Virus record (IMG/VR): IMGVR_UViG_3300042275_000518
Coordinates: 32,001 to 96,000 of that record
Source: a virus
Taxonomy: Duplodnaviria > Caudoviricetes
Strand: one strand, 5' to 3'
Length of the DNA: 64,000 nt
Below, piece by piece: positions 43,544 through 54,735 of the stretch. The first letter of the stretch is position 1; each line of letters opens with the position of its first letter. Below the pieces are notes generated by a model, which searched no databases, had not been told where the DNA came from, and saw nothing but the letters and a program-made list of their open reading frames with translations. The translations under genes and the position numbers were made by a program.

Positions 43544-44494
43544 TTACCATTTCATAAATTTGTTTCCATCTGCCGCAAAGATTCTGTCTGTGAATTCTTG
43601 TGGCTCTGTATTGTCCAACTCTTTATTAATTGATTCAATAACTGCATCCATTGCATCCGCTTTGGCTACAACCACTGCTTCAAGTGTTGCCGGAGTCGTT
43701 GGTGAACCCCATTCTAATTTTTCATGATGCGAAAGAATAATATGTTTAATAACTAATATCTTTCTGTCAGAATTTGCGCTCACGCCTTTTGTGGCACAAT
43801 AGTCTGTGACTCTTTCTACACCATCAACTAAATGAGATATCATATCTCCAAATGCTGTGCGGCTTCCATCTTCATTATATTCAGAAAGTTTTCCAATATC
43901 ATGAAGCATTGCGCCAGCAATAACAACTTCAATATCAAGATTTTTACCTTGATAGTTATTCCAAATTCCCACTGCATTCTTTACAACCTGTGTTGTATGA
44001 ACTGCAAGTCCACCTTTATAAGCATGGTGCAATTTTGTTGCAGCTGGCCATTTGAAGAAGTCTCTGTTATTAATTACTAAATCTTCCAACATATCTCTAA
44101 TAAGAGGTGTTTGAATATATTTAGTTATGTAACTTTCTAATTCACGTTTTAATGCGACCGCATCAACAATCTTCAATATTTTCTTTTCAGATTGTTTATT
44201 TAATTTGCGAACGTTTCCCATTCTTATTTGTTCTTGGTCTCTGTAAACAGCACCAATACCTTCTACAAGAAGCACATCGAGTGTGTCAACGCTTTCCTTA
44301 ATCAAATCTAATGCATCAAAATTCCATGATACAACATCTTTTCTCTCGCCGCTTCCTTCAAGTTTAAGTATTACTCTGAATGGAACTTTATTTTCAAAAG
44401 AACCTTCATTTGGCACTTCAAGAACTGTTGCTTCGAATTCAATTGCATCGCTATTTTCAAAATTAATTTCTTTTAAACTCGATACTCTCTTCAT
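43544..44494 (-). CDS. YhaM-like OB-fold/HD-domain 3'-5' exonuclease
   Basis: WPAATKLHHAYKGGLAVHT, LHDIGK, SHH..LEWGSP..P, AD..DA. Confidence 0.85.
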   Translation of the reverse strand: MKRVSSLKEINFENSDAIEFEATVLEVPNEGSFENKVPFRVILKLEGSGERKDVVSWNFDALDLIKESVDTLDVLLVEGIGAVYRDQEQIRMGNVRKLNKQSEKKILKIVDAVALKRELESYITKYIQTPLIRDMLEDLVINNRDFFKWPAATKLHHAYKGGLAVHTTQVVKNAVGIWNNYQGKNLDIEVVIAGAMLHDIGKLSEYNEDGSRTAFGDMISHLVDGVERVTDYCATKGVSANSDRKILVIKHIILSHHEKLEWGSPTTPATLEAVVVAKADAMDAVIESINKELDNTEPQEFTDRIFAADGNKFMKW

Positions 44495-44528
44495 TTTTTC
44501 ATCTCCTTATAAAATGAATAGATGAGCC

Positions 44529-44990
44529 CTATTCATCATCCTCATCTGGATAATCTTCTAAGAGCTCATCTATTTCTGCGTCTAAACTTGTATCTTCAAT
44601 CTTAGTTGCAACCTCTTGGTGCTTTTGATTGCTTTTGTCGATTTTTTTCTTGCTATCTTGAACTAATTTTTGAAGTTCTTTAAATAAGTTTTGTTCTGAG
44701 CCTTCATCATCATCTTTGAATGTATAATCTAGTATTGCTTTCTTAATAGAAAACTTGTCTTTGATTATGCTTTGTCTTTGACTTTGAAGGGTAATTGCAT
44801 TTCTAATGTGCTCAATCAAATAGTGTTGTCCACCTTTTGAATTTGCAAAGTCAGAAAATTTCTTTATTTCGTCATCAATTGTTTTAGAATATTCATTTGA
44901 TTTAGCAAACTCTTTTTCAAGCTCATCTAAGATTTCTTGAAAATATTGCTCATATTCTTGCTTTTTATCTGCCATAATAACCCTCCTCAT
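44529..44990 (-). CDS. Hypothetical coiled-coil protein
   Basis: ORF with late promoter at 45000-45011. Confidence 0.65.
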   Translation of the reverse strand: MRRVIMADKKQEYEQYFQEILDELEKEFAKSNEYSKTIDDEIKKFSDFANSKGGQHYLIEHIRNAITLQSQRQSIIKDKFSIKKAILDYTFKDDDEGSEQNLFKELQKLVQDSKKKIDKSNQKHQEVATKIEDTSLDAEIDELLEDYPDEDDE

Positions 44991-45025
44991 AGGTCTATAT
45001 AAAGAATTGTTATTATAATTTTAAA

Positions 45026-46783
45026 TTATAAAGAGCAAATAATTACAAGTTCGTCTCTTGCTTTCTCAACGTTATCTTTCATTACTGATTCTGGATTTAG
45101 TTCTTCAACGAAATCTCTTAATGCATTAAACTTGCGTGCAACTAAAGTTTGTAAATCGCTTTCATTTAATTCATTAACAACGTCTCTTCCAATTTTATCT
45201 GTATTAAGTATAGTCGAAACTTCTGTCACCATATCATTCATATAGTCGTCATCTTCAAATTTAATGAAGTATTTGTTATATAAATATGGTTTAAACGCTG
45301 GATTAGATTTTGTTACTCTTTTGAATATTGGAATTATAAAATCAAAGAAATTCTTAATATCATGTGCAACGTCATCTCCTGCACGCCATCCGTTTAAATC
45401 AGAAACCATTCCTAGTTTTGAAAAGTATTTTTCTGAGAATAACTCGAATTTTTGAATATTATCTTCTTTTAAGTTTGAAAGGAATTTAACAATAGAATCT
45501 CCACGGCTTAGATTATTACCATAATATCTTCCTGAGTTTTCTAATCTATATGAATTTCTAAAAGATTCAGAGAATATATCTGGATATTTATTCACATAGT
45601 GCATTGTAAGATCGAAATCGTTATCTAACATGATTGAAAGGCTTGAACTTACATTAGTCATATAATCAAAATATAATCTTTCTAGTTTCTCATCGCCTTT
45701 AATTTCTTCTGGCATTTCTGTAAGATTAGAAAATAATTTTCTACCGATATCACTACTAGCTCTCGACACAATCATCTTATGTTCAAAATCTTGCTCTTTA
45801 AACAATTGAGATATAAAATGTACTACGTTTCTTTGAGAACGCCAGTCTGAACGTTGAATCATATCTTTTACCATTCCTGTTGAGAAATAGTCTTTATATT
45901 TTTCAACAAATTCTTTTACATGTAATATGTTGTCTAATTTGTTTTCAACATAGAAATACTCACCGCGCATTCCAATAAATATTCTTCTAATTAAGTCCAT
46001 AAAGCCTTCTTCTTCTTTACGAACGCGGTTATTTTGTAAGATAGTTGCTTCGATGAAATCATCTAAATCATTCATATCTGTCAGATTTTCCCTAATAAAT
46101 TTTGTATATTTATTTAGATCTTTCTTACGATATGTTGACTTAATCATTTCTACTTTATCTTCTTTTTTAAGATTCTTATTAATAATAACTAATGGGTAAT
46201 CCACGTAAGTTGAGCTAAAATAACTATCCGCTTCAAACGCATCTTTAATTTTATTAATAGTTTCTAGGTCTTCATAAGTCATTGCATGATTTGCCGCAAT
46301 TTTAATGAAGTCTTCATAGTTATCATGGAATCTGTCAAGTAAATTATTATCGATAATCTTAACTAAGAACTCAGATAATTCACTTTGCTTAAGATTCAAA
46401 GAGTTTCCTTTAACTTTCATAGTTGAAATTTTCATTTTTTCAATTATTTTGTCATAAACTTTTGATCGCTCTTCTTTATCAAGTTTCCCCATAAAATTAC
46501 TGACTTTGTTTTCTTGAACCAATAACAAGAATTTGTCATCATTATTTTTTGGTGTTTGATAATAATATCTATCTGAAACTAATTCGACAAACTCATTTTC
46601 AAATAATGGGTCTAGAAAATCTTCTACTGAAACCGTTTCTATTAATTGTCTCTCATTTATAGATATCGTGTAACTATTAAATACTGATTTGAATTCTTTT
46701 ATCATATCAATTTTTTCTTTAAAGTTCTTCACCGTTGTATTTCTCTCCTTCATCGTGTAATATCGTGCTAGTAATGGTGTCAA
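45026..46783 (-). CDS. Large hypothetical protein
   Basis: Long ORF; true start uncertain. Confidence 0.7.
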   Translation of the reverse strand: MTPLLARYYTMKERNTTVKNFKEKIDMIKEFKSVFNSYTISINERQLIETVSVEDFLDPLFENEFVELVSDRYYYQTPKNNDDKFLLLVQENKVSNFMGKLDKEERSKVYDKIIEKMKISTMKVKGNSLNLKQSELSEFLVKIIDNNLLDRFHDNYEDFIKIAANHAMTYEDLETINKIKDAFEADSYFSSTYVDYPLVIINKNLKKEDKVEMIKSTYRKKDLNKYTKFIRENLTDMNDLDDFIEATILQNNRVRKEEEGFMDLIRRIFIGMRGEYFYVENKLDNILHVKEFVEKYKDYFSTGMVKDMIQRSDWRSQRNVVHFISQLFKEQDFEHKMIVSRASSDIGRKLFSNLTEMPEEIKGDEKLERLYFDYMTNVSSSLSIMLDNDFDLTMHYVNKYPDIFSESFRNSYRLENSGRYYGNNLSRGDSIVKFLSNLKEDNIQKFELFSEKYFSKLGMVSDLNGWRAGDDVAHDIKNFFDFIIPIFKRVTKSNPAFKPYLYNKYFIKFEDDDYMNDMVTEVSTILNTDKIGRDVVNELNESDLQTLVARKFNALRDFVEELNPESVMKDNVEKARDELVIICSL

Positions 46784-47390
46784 TTAACATCTTGTATTCT
46801 GGTGAATGTAGGTCTGGCAGACCTTTAAGATGTATAAATTTTGAATTTGGAAAGTATTTTTCCAAATATTGTTTTCTAAACAATTTGAAATCTTCAATAT
46901 GTTCATACATATATGAAAGATCTCCTAATTCTAAATTTCGATTTCGATGCATGATTCTTTCAATTGTTTCATCCGCACTTTCTTCTAATAGAATAATGTA
47001 ATCAAAATGAAATGGTCTTGAAATTCCATCAATCGCTAATCTTTCTTCTTCTGTTAAACGACCTGCTTTTGCATGAATATTACAGTATATGAATGACGAA
47101 TATGGAGCATCAACAAGCGCCACACTGTATTCACTACCATCTTCCTCATGATCAATTATATCTGTGTATATTCCCTCATGTGCTGCTGAAACCCCGCTCT
47201 GCAACGCATAAGCCCAACGAGAAGTATTTTTATAAAATTTTCTCAGTATTTCATTTAGGTCCCCGTGAATAATACTTGGTTCACCATATGTTATTGTGAG
47301 TTCTCCTAATTTGTTAAATTTTTCAGCTAACCTCTCTAAAAAAGTTGACTTTCCTACACCGATCGTTCCTATAACTCCGATTCTTTTCAT
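46719..47390 (-). CDS. Deoxynucleoside kinase family protein
   Basis: GTIGVGKST, EP, FY...RWAYALQ, ERI..RNR..E. Confidence 0.85.
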   Translation of the reverse strand: MKRIGVIGTIGVGKSTFLERLAEKFNKLGELTITYGEPSIIHGDLNEILRKFYKNTSRWAYALQSGVSAAHEGIYTDIIDHEEDGSEYSVALVDAPYSSFIYCNIHAKAGRLTEEERLAIDGISRPFHFDYIILLEESADETIERIMHRNRNLELGDLSYMYEHIEDFKLFRKQYLEKYFPNSKFIHLKGLPDLHSPEYKMLIDTITSTILHDEGEKYNGEEL

Positions 47391-47749
47391 TACTTCTCAC
47401 CTAGATCGTCTAAGAATTTTTGAAATAACGATACTTCTATTTTATAGTCTTTATTTCTATATACTAGATTTTCTAATGAAAATTTCCCAGCTTCAACTAA
47501 ACCCATTAGTATTCCGCCTTCTATGCTTTTATCTCTAACAAAAATTTCAAAATTGTTATCATCGTCAATATTATCTATAAAAGTTCTATAAAAATTCTGT
47601 TCGTCTCTTTTATTAATTGCAGATAATATAATTTTTTTAAATTCACTACATATTTTCTTTTTATTATCTTTTTCCATGTTGTCTCTCCTCATGTTGTAAA
47701 AATACTGGATACAATTCTACGTCATATCCAGTATTATAATATATATTTC

Positions 47750-48313
47750 TTACTCTTTTAACTTAAACAGTAATTCAACTGACTCTGTCATTTCAAGAGC
47801 CCTATTCTTTTTTAATAAATCTTTGTCAAGATATTCATAATATTCTAAAATAAATGCTTCTTTTAATGGATAGTATTCTGATATATTCTTCCAACTAACT
47901 TTTTCAGTTTTCATTAAATCTTTTATCAAACTCAAACTAATGTCTTGATAATATGGAAGATATGAGAAGTCAATGTATTTCTGGTGTTCTCTAATAAATT
48001 TCTCACTCATAGTTTGATTAATGGAAACAAATATCCATATTAATTCGTCTTTGTATTCATCCATAAAATCTTCGCTGAGTTTTTGATACATAGAGATAGA
48101 TATTCTATGAAGATTGGTTGTTGCTTTGTACATATAACGTCTTAAAAGTTCATCATCAAAATCAAAGTGCTTAAAGACCATTGTCCAATCCAATTTATCT
48201 GCGTACAGATTCAAGAAGCCATCATCTATTTCATCTAAATGATTTATAAAAAGTAATTCGTACTCTTTCGGCGTCAGTATCTGACCTGACTTCACTCTTT
48301 CTATCAGATTCAT
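47750..48313 (-). CDS. Tryptophan-repeat protein with C-terminal tag
   Basis: LDW/LIW..VS..Q.(L/M)SE.FI repeats; ends MTESVELLFKLKE. Confidence 0.75.
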   Translation of the reverse strand: MNLIERVKSGQILTPKEYELLFINHLDEIDDGFLNLYADKLDWTMVFKHFDFDDELLRRYMYKATTNLHRISISMYQKLSEDFMDEYKDELIWIFVSINQTMSEKFIREHQKYIDFSYLPYYQDISLSLIKDLMKTEKVSWKNISEYYPLKEAFILEYYEYLDKDLLKKNRALEMTESVELLFKLKE

Positions 48314-48314
48314 A

Positions 48315-49196
48315 TTAAATATGACAGTCTACAATAACTAACCAATCATCAGAGTCTTTTTTAGACTCAAAATAATCTGCGATTTTTTGCTCATACAGAG
48401 CACGGGTTTCATCAGTTTCGTCAGACATTGCCCACCAGCCCATTTTTCCTGGTTCAATCCATTCGCCGTCAATCAACATAGCATATGTTAAAGAGTTATT
48501 ACCTTCTTCTATTTCTTTAATATATTCATCAATACTAGAATATTTTTCGTCAATATATTTTTTGAGCTCTTCGTCTGTGTTATATCTATTGATAACATCT
48601 TTCTTTGACTCAAAATCATACTTGAAGTATTTTGAAAGTTGAAAATCAATATCTTTAAATCTTGCGCCATTGACTCCTTCATATTTGTCGGTTTCTCTCT
48701 TAGGAATTTTTCCCTCAATAAAATCAAATGAACTTAAAGTTGCTCTTGAAGAACCAATTCCTTCTTTTCCAAGTTCTATTGCTAACATATTTGGCCAACG
48801 ACCGCCGATAGTATACCAATCCCATTTTGATTTTGGATTATAAGTTGACAAAACGTTTCCGTCATCATCAGTTTCATATCCATCGATATATTCTTCATAT
48901 AGTTCAATTTCGGTCTTATCTTTGATTTCTTCGTATCTCTTTAAGATATAATCTTTATTATATCTCGGATATAATCTATCAAATTCTGCTTCATCTTGTT
49001 TTATAAGTCTATAATATTCTTTATACTCTTCTCTTTGATTTAATACTTTTTGAATAATATCTGCTTTATGTTCAGATATATATGGGTCCATTTCTAATGA
49101 TTCATCAAATGGCGCTAAAACTTCTTTTAATTTGTATTGAACGTCGCTTATATCATACGAACCATCAATTACTACGCCTACTGTATAATGTGACAC
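48315..49196 (-). CDS. Hypothetical phage protein
   Basis: MSHYTV...YNPKSKWDWYTIGGRW...GKMGWW...VDCHI. Confidence 0.7.
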   Translation of the reverse strand: MSHYTVGVVIDGSYDISDVQYKLKEVLAPFDESLEMDPYISEHKADIIQKVLNQREEYKEYYRLIKQDEAEFDRLYPRYNKDYILKRYEEIKDKTEIELYEEYIDGYETDDDGNVLSTYNPKSKWDWYTIGGRWPNMLAIELGKEGIGSSRATLSSFDFIEGKIPKRETDKYEGVNGARFKDIDFQLSKYFKYDFESKKDVINRYNTDEELKKYIDEKYSSIDEYIKEIEEGNNSLTYAMLIDGEWIEPGKMGWWAMSDETDETRALYEQKIADYFESKKDSDDWLVIVDCHI

Positions 49197-49254
49197 TTTA
49201 CTCTCTCCTCTTGTTGTATTTAATATGAGGGATGATTTCTCATCCCTCTTTTAT

Positions 49255-49761
49255 TTAACTTACTAATTTAATAAACAACAGCAACGACTCAGAAACCCGC
49301 TCTGGGTTATTCTTTGCAAATTGTCTAATCTTTCTTTTCAGTTTCTCTCCGTATGAAGGAAAGTCCCCAATAATTTCTTCATCATCAATAACGCCATACT
49401 TCAATCTCTTTATGACTCCTAGTCTTAGATAAAAGAGATTTCTGGTTTCCTCTGAAAGTCTCGGATAGTTATCCAATATTGTCTCAGGAGTTAGCGCTTT
49501 AATATATTTCTTGATAAAGTCTTCTGTTAGGAAATCGAATTTTGAAATTCTCTCCCAACGTAAATTCATACCTCGTTCAATTAATTTTTCCAAAACAGTC
49601 ATTGTCATATCATCGAAAAATTTATCGTTTAATAACAACTCTTGTTCTATTTCTGAGCGTCTCTGGTTATATGGTTTGCTACTTTTTCCATAATAGTTCC
49701 CCATTTTATTTGAGATATAATCTTCTATTTCCTGTAACAATTTGTATTCTTTATCCGTCAT
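49255..49761 (-). CDS. Trp-repeat-like protein with C-terminal tag
   Basis: LRWERISKFDFLTEDFIKKY; ends VSESLLLFIKLVS. Confidence 0.7.
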   Translation of the reverse strand: MTDKEYKLLQEIEDYISNKMGNYYGKSSKPYNQRRSEIEQELLLNDKFFDDMTMTVLEKLIERGMNLRWERISKFDFLTEDFIKKYIKALTPETILDNYPRLSEETRNLFYLRLGVIKRLKYGVIDDEEIIGDFPSYGEKLKRKIRQFAKNNPERVSESLLLFIKLVS

Positions 49762-50352
49762 ACTTTCTCCTTTCTAGAAACCTAAATCGGTATCATCGTC
49801 AATTTTAAATGAATAATCTATATTGCTGTCTCGTACTTCTTCTGGTTCAGGTATTCTAACTGTTGAAGCTGAATAATCAACTGAACTGAAATAATTTGTA
49901 TCATAGAAGTATGGCACATTTTCTGGAATGATTATGAAATCATCATAATCTGTTATTCTGAACCATGGTTTTAATACTCCTGATGATTGAAAACCGTTAA
50001 ATATTTCACTACTTTTGCTAACACTTCTTTGATACAGGTCTCCACCATGTTTATAAAAGAATGTTATTTTAGTTGTTCCCTTGTTTTCGTCACTATCTAC
50101 TACTTTGAAAATCTTTTCGAAGAATATTCCAGTGACTTCCTCTTTCTTATTCAATATCATAGTGACAAGAACAGCAAAAGAGGTTTCAAGTTTTTGTTTA
50201 ATTTCATGTATTTGATATGGTTTTAGTTCTATCGATCTTTCACCTAGATATACTACACTGTTGACATCGTCATAAGACAATGAATGTAAGAATACATCTT
50301 GTGTTAGTATACCATAAATGACTTTTCCTTTATTGAAAAACATGTGACCTCC

Positions 50353-50655
50353 TTATGTGATATTTAGTTTAAAATATAATAATGCTGAATCATTGTCTTC
50401 GAGTTCTAAAAGTTGCATAACATCTTCATGTGTTAAGCAATGTTTATAACCTTTTTGACCTTTCCATTTCCATTTATAATACTTAGTTCCATTTTTAATG
50501 AAATATTTGTATTGTACAAATTCGGACTTTTGGACTATTTCCAGTATATTATATCTCTCAAATCCAATTTCTTCAACTCTGTATATTGGATAAGTCCCTT
50601 TATTAGACTTAACATGAAGATACCCGCAAAATGCGTATTTATTTAGTCCGTCCAT
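50353..50655 (-). CDS. Hypothetical protein with C-terminal tag
   Basis: Ends LEDNDSALLYFKLNIT. Confidence 0.75.
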   Translation of the reverse strand: MDGLNKYAFCGYLHVKSNKGTYPIYRVEEIGFERYNILEIVQKSEFVQYKYFIKNGTKYYKWKWKGQKGYKHCLTHEDVMQLLELEDNDSALLYFKLNIT

Positions 50656-50656
50656 A

Positions 50657-50962
50657 TTATGTAAAAAGTGCTAGGGCCCCAAAAATTATTCCGAGATACA
50701 CTATTAATATGATTAAACTAGCACCAATAGTACTTGTTGTACGAGATTTTCCGAGCGTTAATAATGAGTATAAAAATAGACCCAGCATCAAAACAAAGGC
50801 AAAACCAGCACTAATCCATAAAGGCGAAACTATCCACCACCATGACCAATCAATAAGATTAGTCAATTTTAAAATCAAAAATACCACGAATACTACACCT
50901 CCAAGAGTCATTCCACTACTTGTTGATGAGCTGTTGCTTCTTCTTTTATCGTTATAATACAT
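50657..50962 (-). CDS. Small membrane protein
   Basis: VFLILKLT..IDWSWWWIVSPLWI; three hydrophobic segments. Confidence 0.7.
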   Translation of the reverse strand: MYYNDKRRSNSSSTSSGMTLGGVVFVVFLILKLTNLIDWSWWWIVSPLWISAGFAFVLMLGLFLYSLLTLGKSRTTSTIGASLIILIVYLGIIFGALALFT

Positions 50963-51229
50963 ATAATACCTCCTTAAAGTTCAGTATGAGTCCATCTAAC
51001 GTAAGCACGCTTTATGTCTTCATAATATTTGAATGTTATTTTCTTATACTTTCCGTTTGTTTTGTTCACGAAATCATTGTATCCAGAACTTTTGATTATT
51101 TCGTTAACCATATTTTCTTTATACAACATCATATATCTTTTCGAGATTTTTAATTCTATGAATCTACTTATCTCTACAATAATACTAAAACCTGAGCTCA
51201 TAATAAATAAAGAGAACCCGAAGGTTCTC

Positions 51230-53953
51230 TTATTCTGTCTCCTCAACTTCAAATATAATCTTTTTGTTGCTCATAAAATCTGGACCTTTTTGCTTAACGT
51301 TTGAATTTTTAAGCAAGATTAAGTCCATTTCCTCAGTATCAAACGCATCATTATGTGAAATAACGAATACTTGCTCAATTCCGAGCTTATCAATTTGTTT
51401 GTTAAGAATTTCAAGGAAACTCTCTCTGTTATCGCTGTCAAGTGGACCATCAATTTCATCTAATGCTAAGATGTTATAATTTCCGATTGACTGTTCGATA
51501 AGTGCCAAACTAATTGAGATAGTTGTTAAGGCTGTTTCACCTTGACTTGCGTCACTAATATCGTTCTTGATATGACTTCCTGAACGAACTCGAATGAAGA
51601 ACTCTCTTGCACTTGTTATGAAATCAATTTCGAAATCATCATCAAAAGCAAGCGCTAATAATTCATTTGTAATGTCTCTTGTCTTTTCAAGATACGCTTT
51701 AATGAAATATAGCGGAATTCCCTTGTTTGGATCCAACGCATTTTTAAGAGTTTGATAGTCAGCATAATCGCTGTTTAACTCTTCTTGTTTTGCTTTAAGA
51801 TTTGTTATAGTTGTTAGAACCATTCTTGAATCCATTAAGCCTGAATTAGCTTCAGTTTTTCTGGTTCTCAAATCTGTTAGATTGTCATTTTCAACTTGAA
51901 GCGATGCTTGCTTATCTTTAATAAGCTGAGCTTTTTCTTTATAATCCGCTTCTTGCTTCTTCAAATCTTCAACTTCTGAGACTAAGTCACGAATAGTTTG
52001 TTTTCCATGAAGATATGTTTTATAGTCTTCAAGAATTTCTTTCTCATCTTCTAAGTCAGCGTTCTTGTTCTTGCCGTCACTAATAAGTTGAGTTAACTCA
52101 CCATTTTTAGTTGCAATTTGCTTATTCTTTTCATCTATATTGTCATTGATTTGCTTTTTAAGCTTTTCATTATTGACAATTAGATTTTTCTTGTATTCAT
52201 AATTTTGTAGAGAAGCCTCATATGTTGAGATTTCCTGAATAGTTCCGATTGTGTTATTTACAGTGTCAATGACATCTTCCATATTCGCTTTGAAGTCATT
52301 ATAGTTTCCTAAAAGTCCTTCAACAACAGAACCGAATGTATCCACAAAATATAGATATACTTTGTTCATACGTGGATTGAGATTTGTATAATAAGCGTTA
52401 AATGATTTATACAGATTTTTTAGTTCACCAAATCGTTCGGCTTTACCTTCGAATTCTTCTAAATCGTTTTCCATTTGCTCAATATTTGTTTTCAATTCTT
52501 CAATTTTATCTGGAAGATTCTTATATTCTAGCACATCTTGAATCAATGGACAGTCTTTACAACGTTCATCAAATCCATCTGCATCTAGTCCATCTTTACC
52601 TTCGTAGAAGTTGCTGAACTTAATATAATCTGCTTCTTTTTGTTGAAGCTCACTGTTATAATTAGCAATCGCTGTTTGCTTACCTGAAATCAAGTTTCTA
52701 ATAGTCGTTGTTTGACCGTTAAGTTTTGCTTCGATATCGTCTTCTAGGAAATACTCAATGTTAGCCTTTTCCTTAGATATATCATTCGCTTTTAACTCGC
52801 TAAAACTTTTTACTAAGAAGTTTTTGAAGTCTTCGAATCTTGACAGATAAGTCGCAATATTCTTTTCTTCTTCAATCATTTCTCGAATAGTTTTATTTTC
52901 ATTAGAACGAAGAGATTTCAGTTCGTCATTAATTGATTTTATATTTCTTTCGATTTCTTCTAGACTTTCGCTAATATCAAATTCAGATAAACTGAACGTT
53001 AACTTCTGAACTTCATTTTCTAGTGAAACAATTGATGCACTAGTATTTTGACGATTAGCTGTTATAGTTGCAATTTCTTCTCTTAGATTTCCAACTGTCT
53101 TTTCTTTTTCAGAAATCATTGCCTCACATTCGTCAATAGTTTTCTTTCCATACTTATTGTTGAACGCAATTCCTTCTTGCATGATATTTATCTTTTCTTG
53201 CTCTTTACCACTTCGAATGATTTCTAGTGCAGCAAGATTAGTTCCTTTAATTTCAGTATTCAATCCATTTATATCCGAATTTAGAACTGCGATTTTACCT
53301 GAAACTGTTTCAATTTCTTTGTCGATATTCGCAATTAATTTTTCAAAGCCTTGGATTCTTAAATTTACTGTTTCTTCATCTTCAAGTTTATCTAAATCTT
53401 TTGAGACTGTTTTAATATTATTACTAAGCTCATTGAACTTAGTTTTAACAATTTCAAATTTTTCTAAATAATCTTCAATATCTGGCAGGAACTTAGAAAT
53501 ATACTTCTTTCTGTCAGTTGCGGTGAACTCAATAAAGTTCTGAGTATTTGAACCAATTTTACCGATTTTGAAATAGTCTGTTGTTAGTCCAAACTCATTT
53601 TCAATATATTCGTTAAAAGTTCTAACTCCGCCATTTTCATTCATTTCAACTCCATCTTTTTTGATGAAGCTCTTTGCACTTTTTTCATAAGTATGCACAA
53701 TTTCATATATGCTTCCTTCATGCTCAATATCGATTTCTTTTAATCCATCTTTATCTTCTAAGATAACAGATTTTCTATTGTCAAAAGAATCTTTGAACGG
53801 ATGAAGTTGACTTAGCAACGTTGTTTTTCCACTGCCGTTTCCACCATTAAGCATAATGATCTTACCATCTTGAAGTCTAATTTCTACTTCGTCAAGACCC
53901 ATACCATGTTTTATACCTATGAAATTTACAAGTTTTAATCTGGTAATTCTCAT
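51230..53953 (-). CDS. sbcC: SbcC/Rad50-like SMC ATPase
   Basis: GGNGSGKTT, long coiled coil with CxxC hook, ASQGE, LDEIDGPLD, ISH. Confidence 0.9.
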   Translation of the reverse strand: MRITRLKLVNFIGIKHGMGLDEVEIRLQDGKIIMLNGGNGSGKTTLLSQLHPFKDSFDNRKSVILEDKDGLKEIDIEHEGSIYEIVHTYEKSAKSFIKKDGVEMNENGGVRTFNEYIENEFGLTTDYFKIGKIGSNTQNFIEFTATDRKKYISKFLPDIEDYLEKFEIVKTKFNELSNNIKTVSKDLDKLEDEETVNLRIQGFEKLIANIDKEIETVSGKIAVLNSDINGLNTEIKGTNLAALEIIRSGKEQEKINIMQEGIAFNNKYGKKTIDECEAMISEKEKTVGNLREEIATITANRQNTSASIVSLENEVQKLTFSLSEFDISESLEEIERNIKSINDELKSLRSNENKTIREMIEEEKNIATYLSRFEDFKNFLVKSFSELKANDISKEKANIEYFLEDDIEAKLNGQTTTIRNLISGKQTAIANYNSELQQKEADYIKFSNFYEGKDGLDADGFDERCKDCPLIQDVLEYKNLPDKIEELKTNIEQMENDLEEFEGKAERFGELKNLYKSFNAYYTNLNPRMNKVYLYFVDTFGSVVEGLLGNYNDFKANMEDVIDTVNNTIGTIQEISTYEASLQNYEYKKNLIVNNEKLKKQINDNIDEKNKQIATKNGELTQLISDGKNKNADLEDEKEILEDYKTYLHGKQTIRDLVSEVEDLKKQEADYKEKAQLIKDKQASLQVENDNLTDLRTRKTEANSGLMDSRMVLTTITNLKAKQEELNSDYADYQTLKNALDPNKGIPLYFIKAYLEKTRDITNELLALAFDDDFEIDFITSAREFFIRVRSGSHIKNDISDASQGETALTTISISLALIEQSIGNYNILALDEIDGPLDSDNRESFLEILNKQIDKLGIEQVFVISHNDAFDTEEMDLILLKNSNVKQKGPDFMSNKKIIFEVEETE

Positions 53954-53963
53954 TATATCTCTC

Positions 53964-54326
53964 CTATTCTCTTAGTTTTAATAATAATTTAACACTGTCA
54001 ATATCCATCTCTTCTAATATACGGTCAAATTCATCTTCATATTCTAATTTAATTTCCATAAATAATTCTCTATAATCAGCAAGATTTGGAAATTGTAAGG
54101 TCTCTTGATGTTTTAGAAATGGAAATAATAATACTATATTTTTCATGATCTTCACATATTCTCCAACAGATAATTTACTTTCATTTAAATCAAAATAAAT
54201 CTTAGTTGAATTATTTAACACTTCTACCTCTTTGAACTCTAACCTCCAACTTATTACAGGTGAAAGCTCTTTCATTTTTTCTGAAACCATTTCATTATAT
54301 TTTAATATACCTTCATGTATTCCCAT
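53964..54326 (-). CDS. Hypothetical protein with C-terminal tag
   Basis: Ends MDIDSVKLLLKLRE; early promoter at 54379-54386. Confidence 0.75.
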   Translation of the reverse strand: MGIHEGILKYNEMVSEKMKELSPVISWRLEFKEVEVLNNSTKIYFDLNESKLSVGEYVKIMKNIVLLFPFLKHQETLQFPNLADYRELFMEIKLEYEDEFDRILEEMDIDSVKLLLKLRE

Positions 54327-54427
54327 AATAACCTGTTCCTTTCATTCTATTATATTAAAGTCTCATAAACTCATGATTATAATATATACATATAAAAAAA
54401 ATTAAGACCCGAAGATCTTAATTTTAA

Positions 54428-54721
54428 TTAATCTTGTTCATCCCAGAAATTCCAACTTCCCGGATTTCCAGGTTCGGCATTCTGATTGCCTTTACCTTTT
54501 CCAGTTCTTACGTAATAATTGCCTTCCCAGTATACAACATCGCCTTCTTCATAGGGTTCTTCTGGATTTGGTTCCCATACAGGAGCATAAAACCACTCAC
54601 CTATAGTTAGTGAATTAGTCATGCTATAATTGGAGATATTCCAATATGCATAAGTCGTTGTTATACCAGCAAATAATACAAAAAGATAGACAAGTAAAAA
54701 TAATATAATTTTTCTCATCAT
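54428..54721 (-). CDS. Secreted protein with SipW-type signal peptide and CBM5/12-like module
   Basis: Hydrophobic N-terminus with TYAYW; WEP...YEEGDVVYWEG.YY...EPG..W. Confidence 0.7.
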   Translation of the reverse strand: MMRKIILFLLVYLFVLFAGITTTYAYWNISNYSMTNSLTIGEWFYAPVWEPNPEEPYEEGDVVYWEGNYYVRTGKGKGNQNAEPGNPGSWNFWDEQD

Positions 54722-54735
54722 GTTGTTACTATTTG